Source: a virus. Taken from it: 64,000 nt of DNA. This document shows positions 49,349-58,134 of this stretch, piece by piece. The notes beneath the pieces were generated by a model. It was not told the origin of the DNA and made no database searches. It saw only the letters and a list, made by a program, of their open reading frames with translations. A program made the translations under genes and the position numbers. The stretch spans positions 73,960-137,959 of IMG/VR virus record IMGVR_UViG_3300046804_004848. One strand, 5' to 3'. The stretch's first letter is position 1. The number at the start of each line of letters is the position of its first letter.

Positions 49349-49990
49349 TTACTTGTGTTGATTAACCCATTGTTGCGCAACAGGTGTTAATGGTTTTCTT
49401 AAAAATTGTTGTACTTTTTTATAGGCAGGTTTAAAATCAGGATCCATATCGTTTAGTACTATGACAAAATTTGATCCAAATACTTGTTGTAGCGCATCTT
49501 TACCAACTTGCACTTCAGCATGTGCTTTTTTAACCACTTCATCAGGTACGCTACGTTCACGCTTACGGTTACGCTCTATAGCAACGGGTAAACTTGTATT
49601 AACAAATACCATCATGGTTTGATAACCAAGTGCTTCTAATCCTGCTTTGGTTTTAGCTGTTTTTTCTGCATCTTTAGCAGTACCATCAATAATTAAACCT
49701 ATACGACCATACAGTAAATTACTTTCTTTTGTTTTGGTCATTTGTTTGGCACGTTGTCTTACTATATCACGTTTTTCTTGTTCTTCAGGTGGCATCTTTG
49801 GGTCTAGTTTATGTTTGCGCAATAAAAATTCAAAAGCATCATCACTATTAATAGTGCGAAGTCCTGCTGCTTGTAATCCTAATTTATGTGCGACAAAACT
49901 TTTCCCTGAGCCTGGCCCACCTGCCATAAACACAGCTTTAAAAATGTTAGGGTCATTGACCCCTTCTTGCATAAACTCTCTTGTAAGCAT
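49349..49990 (-). CDS. P-loop kinase (zeta-toxin/AAA_33-like) with capsid-targeting-like N-terminus
   Basis: MLTREFMQEG; GGPGSGKS, INSDD, IDGT, RNRKRERSVP. Confidence 0.85.
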   Translation of the reverse strand: MLTREFMQEGVNDPNIFKAVFMAGGPGSGKSFVAHKLGLQAAGLRTINSDDAFEFLLRKHKLDPKMPPEEQEKRDIVRQRAKQMTKTKESNLLYGRIGLIIDGTAKDAEKTAKTKAGLEALGYQTMMVFVNTSLPVAIERNRKRERSVPDEVVKKAHAEVQVGKDALQQVFGSNFVIVLNDMDPDFKPAYKKVQQFLRKPLTPVAQQWVNQHK

Positions 49991-50000
49991 GATTATGTAT

Positions 50001-50426
50001 TTATGCTTTTAGTTCACCACGCTCAATCAACTTTTGTTTATTATAACGATGACCTTCTTGTACTAATTCTTTATTTTCACCTTGATACAATACAGCATAG
50101 TTATTATCAATCATCCATTGATTTAAGCTTGAACCATCTTCCATAATGAATACACCAAGTATGCGACCAAATTTGTCATCATTATTGTCAGCTTTCATCG
50201 TTTGTATGCTTTGCCAACTACCTACAGGTAATTTTTCTGCTAATTTTTTCTTTGATAGCATACCCCGTACTTTTTCTTCAGCAATAGATGTTCTACTTTC
50301 AGGAGTATCAATACCTGCCATACGTACTTTTTGATTAGCTAAAATAATATTAAAACCTAAATCTAAATCAATTTCAACCGTATCACCATCTACAACTTTG
50401 TTAATTCTACAACGATAAATGTACAT
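50001..50426 (-). CDS. Thermonuclease (SNase-like)
   Basis: VVDGDT, RMAGIDTPE, DKFGRILG. Confidence 0.9.
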   Translation of the reverse strand: MYIYRCRINKVVDGDTVEIDLDLGFNIILANQKVRMAGIDTPESRTSIAEEKVRGMLSKKKLAEKLPVGSWQSIQTMKADNNDDKFGRILGVFIMEDGSSLNQWMIDNNYAVLYQGENKELVQEGHRYNKQKLIERGELKA

Positions 50427-50452
50427 AAATATCCCCTTATAAAGATATTTAT

Positions 50453-50476
50453 AAAAAAGGCATCCTAAGATGCCTT
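50453..50476 (-). terminator. Intrinsic terminator
   Basis: AAGGCATC-CTAA-GATGCCTT with an A run on the + strand. Confidence 0.7.
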
Positions 50477-50497
50477 GTAAATGTGTCTAATTAAAAA

Positions 50498-51415
50498 TTA
50501 GCCACCAAAAGGAACAAATTCTACACCTGTAGTTTGTAAACCAACTAAATCAATTTGTGCTAATAACTCAGGGCGACTTGCGGCAACCATAAGTACATCA
50601 GCTTGTGAGTAACCATACTTTTCAATTGCATCAACTACTACAGCGATTTCATCATACGTACCATCACGATTGAATACATTTTTCCATACATGTTTTGCAA
50701 AAGTTGCATTAGATGTGCTACCTGCGTCTGCTTTGTATTGGTCACTTGTTAAAATTTTGGCTGCAATTTCTTTCATGCTCCAACCAAGTGTTTCATCTAA
50801 ATAGATTCCCGCACCAATAAGTTCAGGTGTTACATCATTTTTACCTAAAGCAGCAGCTAAAAGTGATATAATTTTACCCAAATCTGTATCAACTGTATCA
50901 AATGCAAGATGTTTGTCATCAAACTGTACTCGTTCATGATCATCTAACACAAACGTTAAATTGCTTACAAGATGACTTGTAGCAATGATATCATGATTTG
51001 TATATGCTAGAGAATAATCAGAACTTTTGCCATTGATTTTATAACTATCAATACCTGTAGAACCTTCTACATTAATATTAACATCAATTACACCATCACC
51101 AACACGACCATTACCTACCGTACCAAATGTAGCAACTTTACCACCAATTCCTACTGTACCAACAGTAACAATAAGATTATTAGTTGGTGCAACTCCACCA
51201 AGCGAAGTCCCAGGAATCGTTATCGTATCCCCTGCTTGATACCCTGCTCCACTACTTGCAACTGCTGCATCTAATGTAACAGTGTATTTTCCATTGGTTT
51301 TGACTACATCAAACTTTGCTCCAAGATCGGTTCCCCCTGTTAATCCTGTAACATTATCATAGGTAGCATTAATTGGATTATCTGTAATTGTAATTGTTGT
51401 TGTGCCTTTAGCCAT
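50498..51415 (-). CDS. Surface/S-layer-like protein with DUF4214-like C-terminus
   Basis: Gly/Thr beta-rich N-terminus; ERVQFDD..LAFD; SNATFAKHVWKNVFNR. Confidence 0.65.
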   Translation of the reverse strand: MAKGTTTITITDNPINATYDNVTGLTGGTDLGAKFDVVKTNGKYTVTLDAAVASSGAGYQAGDTITIPGTSLGGVAPTNNLIVTVGTVGIGGKVATFGTVGNGRVGDGVIDVNINVEGSTGIDSYKINGKSSDYSLAYTNHDIIATSHLVSNLTFVLDDHERVQFDDKHLAFDTVDTDLGKIISLLAAALGKNDVTPELIGAGIYLDETLGWSMKEIAAKILTSDQYKADAGSTSNATFAKHVWKNVFNRDGTYDEIAVVVDAIEKYGYSQADVLMVAASRPELLAQIDLVGLQTTGVEFVPFGG

Positions 51416-51467
51416 GCGTGTGTCCTTTAAAGTTAAACAAGTATTTAGCCTTAATTAAGTTAATATG

Positions 51468-51496
51468 CAAAAAATAGGGGCACGAATGCCCCTATT
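51468..51496 (-). terminator. Intrinsic terminator ending the tmRNA coding piece
   Basis: AATAGGGGCA-TTCG-TGCCCCTATT followed by a T run on the minus strand. Confidence 0.8.
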
Positions 51497-51658
51497 GGTG
51501 GGTTTGGTTACAAGGTCTTTCCTACCTCGCTATTAGGCGTTTGCTGCTAATAGATATGTATCGTCGTTTGCAGATACTTATTTTGCTAGAATTACGTTCT
51601 TCGCCTATCGTGTTGTCCATATCCGTACTTGTTACCCCGTCGAAACCAAGTCTAGCCC
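51470..51658 (-). ncRNA. ssrA: Permuted tmRNA, coding piece; tag ANDDTYLLAANA at 51571..51533
   Basis: 5' GGGCTAGACTTGGTTTCGACGGGG; resume context ATAAGTATCT-GCA AAC GAC GAT; TAA TAG stops. Confidence 0.9.
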
Positions 51659-51667
51659 ATCATAAGT

Positions 51668-51919
51668 TTACTTTATGTATCTGTTAATAAGTTTAATACC
51701 TGCATACGTTCCTAACACAGTAAACATCATTTTGAATACTGTCATCCAATCTGTAGCATTACTTAGCGTTATCTTAAGAGGACCTGCTTCTATAGAATCC
51801 GTTGTTTTAGGTAAAATAAACCATTGTGCATAATAAACAACAAGATCCCAGGAATACTGTAACACAAAATATGCAGCTATAGATATTAAAATGCCTGTAA
51901 ATAACCCTTTACGATACAT
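51668..51919 (-). CDS. 83-aa two-TM membrane protein inside the tmRNA intervening segment
   Basis: SD AAGGTG directly after the tmRNA CCA; two hydrophobic helices; ends 9 nt before tmRNA G1. Confidence 0.7.
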   Translation of the reverse strand: MYRKGLFTGILISIAAYFVLQYSWDLVVYYAQWFILPKTTDSIEAGPLKITLSNATDWMTVFKMMFTVLGTYAGIKLINRYIK

Positions 51920-51931
51920 TAAATCACCTTA

Positions 51932-51995
51932 TGGTGGACTAGGGGGGATTTGAACCCCCGTCCGCAGCACTTTTCCATCAACTTCATACAACAAT
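51932..51995 (-). ncRNA. ssrA: Permuted tmRNA, acceptor piece
   Basis: GGAC-GGGGG-TTCAAAT-CCCCC-CTAGTCC-ACCA; CTAGTCC pairs with GGGCTAG giving G3.U70; TAAATA at 52001-52010; 5' end approximate. Confidence 0.9.
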
Positions 51996-52003
51996 ACTAC
52001 TAT

Positions 52004-53128
52004 TTATTTACCGCTTGGAATCTTACCTTCTACACCTTCAATGTAAAAATTAATCCTACCTTTCCATGCATCATCACCAACCACATCTTTTTCTAATACA
52101 ATTTTACCTGTATTGTCTTTAAGTGGTCCTTTAAATACTTCAAATGTACCTGCTTTTAATCCTGCCTTAACTTCATCAACCTTTTTCTTGGCAGTATCGC
52201 TAACAACATCATTGATTTTAACTAAATCATTAGCACCTTCTTTGGTTCCCCATTTTGTATCAGAGGTTTTCCATGTACCATTTAGTACATCATTAACAGC
52301 TTTTTCGTAGTATGGTCCCCAATTTACAATGGCTGATCCAAGATGTGCCTTAGGAGCAAATGCGCTCATGTCACTATCCCAACCAAAAGCAAACTTACCA
52401 TTTTTCTCAGCAGTAAGCAATACCGCAGTTGAATCTGTATTTTGTAACAATACATCTGCTTTTTGATTGATCAAAGCTTGTGCTGCTTCACCTTCTTTAG
52501 GTGGATCAAACCATGTATTCACCCAAACAACCTTAGTAGTAACCTTAGGATTGACACTTCTTGCACCCAATGTAAAAGCATTAATATTACGTAATACTTC
52601 AGGAATAGGGAAACTTGCTACAAATCCTAGTGTATTAGTTTTTGTCATACTACCTGCAACAATACCTGCCATGTAAGCATCTTCATAAAATTTTGCTTCA
52701 TATACACGTAGATTTTCTGCTGTCTTATAACCTGTAGCATGTTCAAACTTAACATCAGGATGATCTTTAGCTACTTTTTCCATAGCATCACCAAAACCAA
52801 ATGATGTAGCAAAAATAAGTTTATTACCTTGGCTAACTAAATCACGAATAACACGTTCAGCATCAGCACCTTCAGGTACTTTCTCCACAAAACTAGTTTT
52901 GATCTTATCACCGAATTTTTCTTCAATGTGCTTACGACCATTATCATGAGCAAATGTCCACCCCGCATCGCCAACAGGTCCGACATAGATAAATCCTACC
53001 TTAAGAGGTTCTGTTGCTTTTGGTGCTTCAGCAGGTTTTGCTTCTTCTTTTTTTCCACAACTTGCTAGTGTAAAAGCAGTAATTGCAGCTAATGCAGTAT
53101 GCATTAGTTTACGTTTAGTAAAAGTCAT
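52004..53128 (-). CDS. BMP-family ABC transporter substrate-binding lipoprotein
   Basis: LASC lipobox, VGFIYVGPVGDAGWTFAHD, FATSFGF, WFDPPKE, QNTDS. Confidence 0.93.
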   Translation of the reverse strand: MTFTKRKLMHTALAAITAFTLASCGKKEEAKPAEAPKATEPLKVGFIYVGPVGDAGWTFAHDNGRKHIEEKFGDKIKTSFVEKVPEGADAERVIRDLVSQGNKLIFATSFGFGDAMEKVAKDHPDVKFEHATGYKTAENLRVYEAKFYEDAYMAGIVAGSMTKTNTLGFVASFPIPEVLRNINAFTLGARSVNPKVTTKVVWVNTWFDPPKEGEAAQALINQKADVLLQNTDSTAVLLTAEKNGKFAFGWDSDMSAFAPKAHLGSAIVNWGPYYEKAVNDVLNGTWKTSDTKWGTKEGANDLVKINDVVSDTAKKKVDEVKAGLKAGTFEVFKGPLKDNTGKIVLEKDVVGDDAWKGRINFYIEGVEGKIPSGK

Positions 53129-53456
53129 ATATTTTTCCTTAAAATGGTAAAAATATTTACTCTACTAAAATACGTTATAGATATTTTTTAAGTTAAAATT
53201 ATTGCTGCTATAAAAGCAACAATGATTATAAAAAACCATACTGTTGTGGTTTTTCCGTCAGGGTCAACCATTATATTCCCTTAATTACACGTAATTTTTT
53301 AAGTAACTCTGCTGCTTCAACAACATGATTAATTTTTTCATCGTTAGTTTCTTGTTTTTCTGATACATTTTCAGGTTTGTGCAATGCATCTTCAGGTGGA
53401 TTACCAATACCAACTACTCTATCCCACTCACGCTGTGTATAATTCATGTTGCGTCC

Positions 53457-53855
53457 TCAGTTAAATATTTGAGTAAATCTACGTCCACGATATTCAAAAG
53501 TAACAATTTCACCTGATTGTACTTGCATGGGTTGCTGACTACAACGTGTTTGCATATCAACGGTAGTGTTGTCGTTTTGTCCACCTAACTGACTACCTAT
53601 AACCGCACCTGCTGCAGTTGCAATATCTCTACCACTGCCACCACCTATTTGATTTCCAATTGCAGCACCTGCTATTGCTCCAAGTACACTACCACCTTGT
53701 GACCTACGCTCTAGAGGAACCGTAGTACAAGTTTGTTGATACACTGTGTTGAAACGTGGTTGTCGTGCAACAACCACCGCTACATCTTGATTGTAGCTTT
53801 GTGCGTAACTTGTACTACAACTTAAAATAGCTAGCGCAATTAATACTTTTTTCAT
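53457..53855 (-). CDS. Glycine-zipper 2TM secreted protein
   Basis: GAIAGAAIGNQIGGGSGRDIATAAGAVIG. Confidence 0.85.
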   Translation of the reverse strand: MKKVLIALAILSCSTSYAQSYNQDVAVVVARQPRFNTVYQQTCTTVPLERRSQGGSVLGAIAGAAIGNQIGGGSGRDIATAAGAVIGSQLGGQNDNTTVDMQTRCSQQPMQVQSGEIVTFEYRGRRFTQIFN

Positions 53856-54166
53856 TGTTGATTACATGTACGTTCTTGTACAATTGTTCCATTTGGTTGT
53901 AATATTTCTTTCCATTCTGTGCAATGCACTACGGGTGATTGTGGTACTTGTTGCACAACAACGGGTTGATCTACAATATAGGGTCTAGTAATAGCATATG
54001 TTACTGCACCACCAATAATTGCAGGAGCAACCCAATGATGACGATGAAAATGATGTGGATGATGAAAGTGTCTAGCATGAGCATGAACTCTTTGTCCGTG
54101 TGCAGCAACTTGTGCACTAAAAGATAAACCTATCGCTGCTATTAAACCAAGTATAAAATATTTCAT
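53852..54166 (-). CDS. Secreted His-rich small protein
   Basis: Signal peptide; HFHHPHHFHRHH; WVAPAIIGG. Confidence 0.7.
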   Translation of the reverse strand: MKYFILGLIAAIGLSFSAQVAAHGQRVHAHARHFHHPHHFHRHHWVAPAIIGGAVTYAITRPYIVDQPVVVQQVPQSPVVHCTEWKEILQPNGTIVQERTCNQQ

Positions 54167-54217
54167 ATCATACCTCCATTAATACTATTTAGATACCCTT
54201 CTTTATCTTATTAAATA

Positions 54218-57200
54218 TCATAAATTACTAAATCTTTGATATAACCAATCCCATTCATAACTCAATTTCAATTGATCTAAATCACCATCAACTTCTTTAT
54301 AATATGCTACACCATCATTAGCACCACGTTGGCTCCATTCAGCATGTTCACCAATACCTTGTCCACACCAACGTGCTAAACGTTTTACTGCGTTTGTATC
54401 TGTTCCTTTGCTGACCAAATCTTGTAACTTGACTGCTTCACGAAATGCAGTTCGCCATGTTGTCCATGGGTCTGTATTGTAAATTGCAATACCACTATTA
54501 ATATTAACAACCTCATGCTCATTATCCAAAGTAAAGTCTAACCCAATACCTGTATTGGCTAGGGTTATGCGCTTATTATACGCAATCATAGCTTGGTGTC
54601 CATAGTTCAAACGATTAATAGGATTAATTGCAGTAAAAATGTAATGCTTAGGTTGCTGTAAACGGTCAGGTTGCCAATTCCAATCAAATGTTGGATTAAC
54701 TCGCAACTTTGCAAATACTGCAAAAAACCATGGTGTTTCACTTGTATTTGCAGCAGCATGGTACGCAGCTACACGACCATTTACCCCATCCACTCGTATT
54801 AATCTATTCTTTGCATTACGATTTTCTTTAATAACTTTATTAAGATGTTCCCAATGTTCTTCAGCATTAGGTTCGCCATTACTAATAAAAACAATATCTA
54901 GTGCATGTGATGATGTTACTTTAGCTATTTTTTCAATGTATGGATAATCATACAGTTCAGTTACTACTTTATCTTGAACAATGTTTGGCACAATAATATC
55001 CGTTGTTGAATAATCTAATACAGCAATTGTACGATGTGTTTCATCCCATAGACTAGGAACATAGTTACATGCATGATTATTATCCGCACAAACAAACTGA
55101 ACATATGGATATTCATTAAAATCGTAGTTTTTTACTGCTTCAACATGTGTATCATAATCATGATGTAGTACAGGATGTTGCTGTCTATTAGTTGCTAAAT
55201 GTGTTATATAATTTACTTTTTGTGGGTAATCCTCTAGTTTATCAAAAGATTGTCTATCTAAAACATACTGACTAACATTTAATAAAAAAGTATCACCAAA
55301 TTTTTGTGTTATTTTTTCATATTTACTAGCAAACACATGTAGTTGTTCTCGCTGAAATGGGTCAGTTTGATATGTAAAATCAAAATCATCATATGTACAT
55401 ATAGTACTGCAAACCCATATATGGTAATTTTTCTTCTCTTTTAATAATGGATTTTTATTTAACCACGCATCTATTGTTGCAACATAACTACCACGATAAT
55501 CTATCGTATAATCAGCCTCTATTTTATTAGTATAATTGCCCATGGTAATCAATAATGTTTCATAATGATTTTCTTTAACTTGAGCAATTCTGCCACGTAC
55601 GTGATTAATGTTTTTTAGGTGTTCTATAATTTTGACATGTCCAATATGTGATTCCCATAACTCAGTATTAATAAAATAAGTATTACCCCATTGTCCCCAT
55701 TGTGTTCCAAAAACGTGAATCATACTTTCTTGCCATGGTGCAGGATAAAAATCAAACTTAAAATCAGTATAATCAAGTTCACTACTAACAATCCATGCAA
55801 ATTTACTACTACTTTTTTTCACACATCTAGTAATCGTATCAACCCAATTGTGTAAGTATCTTGTTGTTTGTATATTAGGGTAACGAACTAGCAACTTTTG
55901 TAGATTTTCTTTACTAGATTTATTGCTTTTATCAATAAAAAAGATATCCAATTTTGTATCAATGATGCTTGAACTTTCTACGTAATTATATTCCTTATAA
56001 CCACGATGATACATTACACTATTAACATAATAAGTTTGCGTGTTTTTTGATTGTTCGTTGCCAAATACGTTTATATGCCTAAAGTTTTCGCTATTTGGTT
56101 TCCAACTAAAATCAAATTGTGAGTAATCTATATCAGGATTTAATGCCCAAAATTCTTCATTAGGATGTTGCTCAATTAAATCTTCTAAAGTAGTTTCTAT
56201 AATATATTGTGCAGTTTTTGTAATAGTTGTTTTTGCATCACGTATCATGTAAACAATATCAGTTGCCCCTTCTACGGTGAAGGTAGGACCGCCCTCGCTC
56301 CATTGATAAATTTGTGGTGGACTATGTGGGTTAGGTCGCCAACTAAAATCAAATGTTTGACGATCTTCATCGGTATGCACAGTCCAATTGGTCAAATCTT
56401 GTGGTAAAGTTGCAACCATGTCTGACATATATTTGTATTCGGTAGCACCTTCACAATGGTATTCTACAGTGGGTTCAGTAGCTGCATCGTTCCATTTATT
56501 ACCCCATACATAGATAAATGGTGGTTCACGTGGATCAGGTCTCCAATCATAACTAAATTCTGCTCCTGCAATTAATACTTTCCAATTTGTCATATCAGGT
56601 AGTAATTCAACAGGTTCAGGCATATATTTTCGTTCCGTTGCCCCATCAACATGATATTCTAATACAGGATCTATCACAATATCATTATATTTGTTTCCCC
56701 ATACGTAGATAAATGCAGGTTCACGTGGGTCAGGTCGCCAACTAAAATCAAATTTATCTGCATTAATTGGTAATAATAGTTTCCAATTAGTCATATCAGG
56801 TAGTAGTTCTACTATTTCTGACATATATTTGCGCTCTGTTGCACCTTCAACGTGATATTCAAGTGCAGGTTGAATCTCTACAGGTGCAAATTTATGACCC
56901 CATACGTAAACATAAGCAGGTTCACGTGGATCAGGTCGCCAACTAAAATCAAACTTACTTTCGTCAATAGGTAATAGCTTTTTCCATTTGGATAAGTCAG
57001 GTAATAAAGTAACAAAACTATCTGTAATATATTTTCTTTGTGTCGCACCTTCGCAATGATATTCTAATGCAGGTTCAATTTCTACAGGTGTATGTTTATG
57101 CCCCCATACATAGATAAAGGGTGGTTCACGTGGGTCAGGTCGCCATGTCAAATCAAATTTATTTAAATCAATAGGCAATAACTCTACCCAACATTTGGAT

Positions 57201-58090
57201 GGTTTTAATTCAATCGTATCGCCCATATACTTGTGATTTACAGCATTAGTTACACGATATTCAATAGTTGGTTTAATAGTGCCACTGTACCATTTATTAC
57301 CCCACACATAGATATAAGGTGGATCATGTGGGTGTGGGACCCATTTAGGATCAAGTTGAAAATCTTCTATATCTTCATGAATAACCCAATTTTTATAATC
57401 TTTATACCTATCAAGCGCATTGTCAGACGCAAATGAGCTAGGTTGCCCAACTAACCTAAATTGAAAATCATTAACATATTTTCGTTGAGTTGCATTAGGT
57501 TGATGATATTCAACCGTTGGCATTTCTTCTGCGCTTAAATATTGATTACCCCATACATAGATATAAGGTGGTTCATAGGGATGTGGGTACCATTTTAAAT
57601 ATTTTTTATCTACATTAATAGGATATAATATTTTCCAATCTGTTTCCTCACTTACTAGGGTCGCTATAATATCCGTAATATATTTTCTTTCCTTGGCACC
57701 TTCCACAACATACTCTACTGTTGGCATTTCATATGCGCTCACATATTGATTACCAAATGTCCAAATATACGGAGGTTCATATACATCGGGATGCCAACTA
57801 AAATCAAAATCAACAGTAAATTCTTTGTGAATAACCCAATGTTTATTATCAGGTAACTTAATTGCTGATTGACTTGGTTGGAATTTTATACCTTCGTGGT
57901 TAGGAACAACGAACTGCGGACCACCACTGCGCTGCCATTGGGTACCAAATACATGTATATAAGGACGGTCAAACCGTTCAGGTCGCCAATTAAAATTAAA
58001 CTGACTTGTATCTAACCCATCAGGTATTTCCCAATACCCTTGTTCCCATAATTCTTCTCTACGGTTTAATTCATCTTGCTCAACGTACAT
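54218..58090 (-). CDS. 1290-aa tandem-repeat protein with degenerate GT-A-like C-terminal domain
   Basis: About 9 clear ~67-aa W.P...P..Y.WG repeats; C-terminal DIVFISNGE...GRVAAYHAAA...WRTAFRE. Confidence 0.85.
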   Translation of the reverse strand: MYVEQDELNRREELWEQGYWEIPDGLDTSQFNFNWRPERFDRPYIHVFGTQWQRSGGPQFVVPNHEGIKFQPSQSAIKLPDNKHWVIHKEFTVDFDFSWHPDVYEPPYIWTFGNQYVSAYEMPTVEYVVEGAKERKYITDIIATLVSEETDWKILYPINVDKKYLKWYPHPYEPPYIYVWGNQYLSAEEMPTVEYHQPNATQRKYVNDFQFRLVGQPSSFASDNALDRYKDYKNWVIHEDIEDFQLDPKWVPHPHDPPYIYVWGNKWYSGTIKPTIEYRVTNAVNHKYMGDTIELKPSKCWVELLPIDLNKFDLTWRPDPREPPFIYVWGHKHTPVEIEPALEYHCEGATQRKYITDSFVTLLPDLSKWKKLLPIDESKFDFSWRPDPREPAYVYVWGHKFAPVEIQPALEYHVEGATERKYMSEIVELLPDMTNWKLLLPINADKFDFSWRPDPREPAFIYVWGNKYNDIVIDPVLEYHVDGATERKYMPEPVELLPDMTNWKVLIAGAEFSYDWRPDPREPPFIYVWGNKWNDAATEPTVEYHCEGATEYKYMSDMVATLPQDLTNWTVHTDEDRQTFDFSWRPNPHSPPQIYQWSEGGPTFTVEGATDIVYMIRDAKTTITKTAQYIIETTLEDLIEQHPNEEFWALNPDIDYSQFDFSWKPNSENFRHINVFGNEQSKNTQTYYVNSVMYHRGYKEYNYVESSSIIDTKLDIFFIDKSNKSSKENLQKLLVRYPNIQTTRYLHNWVDTITRCVKKSSSKFAWIVSSELDYTDFKFDFYPAPWQESMIHVFGTQWGQWGNTYFINTELWESHIGHVKIIEHLKNINHVRGRIAQVKENHYETLLITMGNYTNKIEADYTIDYRGSYVATIDAWLNKNPLLKEKKNYHIWVCSTICTYDDFDFTYQTDPFQREQLHVFASKYEKITQKFGDTFLLNVSQYVLDRQSFDKLEDYPQKVNYITHLATNRQQHPVLHHDYDTHVEAVKNYDFNEYPYVQFVCADNNHACNYVPSLWDETHRTIAVLDYSTTDIIVPNIVQDKVVTELYDYPYIEKIAKVTSSHALDIVFISNGEPNAEEHWEHLNKVIKENRNAKNRLIRVDGVNGRVAAYHAAANTSETPWFFAVFAKLRVNPTFDWNWQPDRLQQPKHYIFTAINPINRLNYGHQAMIAYNKRITLANTGIGLDFTLDNEHEVVNINSGIAIYNTDPWTTWRTAFREAVKLQDLVSKGTDTNAVKRLARWCGQGIGEHAEWSQRGANDGVAYYKEVDGDLDQLKLSYEWDWLYQRFSNL
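56320..57960. repeat. Coding tandem repeats, period ~200 nt
   Basis: ggttcacgtgg(a/g)tcaggtc recurs at ~56523, 56718, 56920 and 57123, with more diverged copies on either side. Confidence 0.85.
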
Positions 58091-58134
58091 GATATTATTT
58101 AATAATCAAAAAACTGCCCTATAAATATCTTATT

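Noticed and set aside
51932-51965. Stand-alone tRNA or integration-site remnant
   Set aside because: No D-arm or anticodon arm upstream; its acceptor strand pairs with the tmRNA 5' end at 51658
44808-53128. Bacterial chromosome segment or prophage boundary
   Set aside because: Host-like genes are interleaved with phage-type genes and TAAATA promoters, at similar base composition
56320-57960. CRISPR array
   Set aside because: Period ~200 nt, in frame within one ORF, with synonymous variation and no unique spacers
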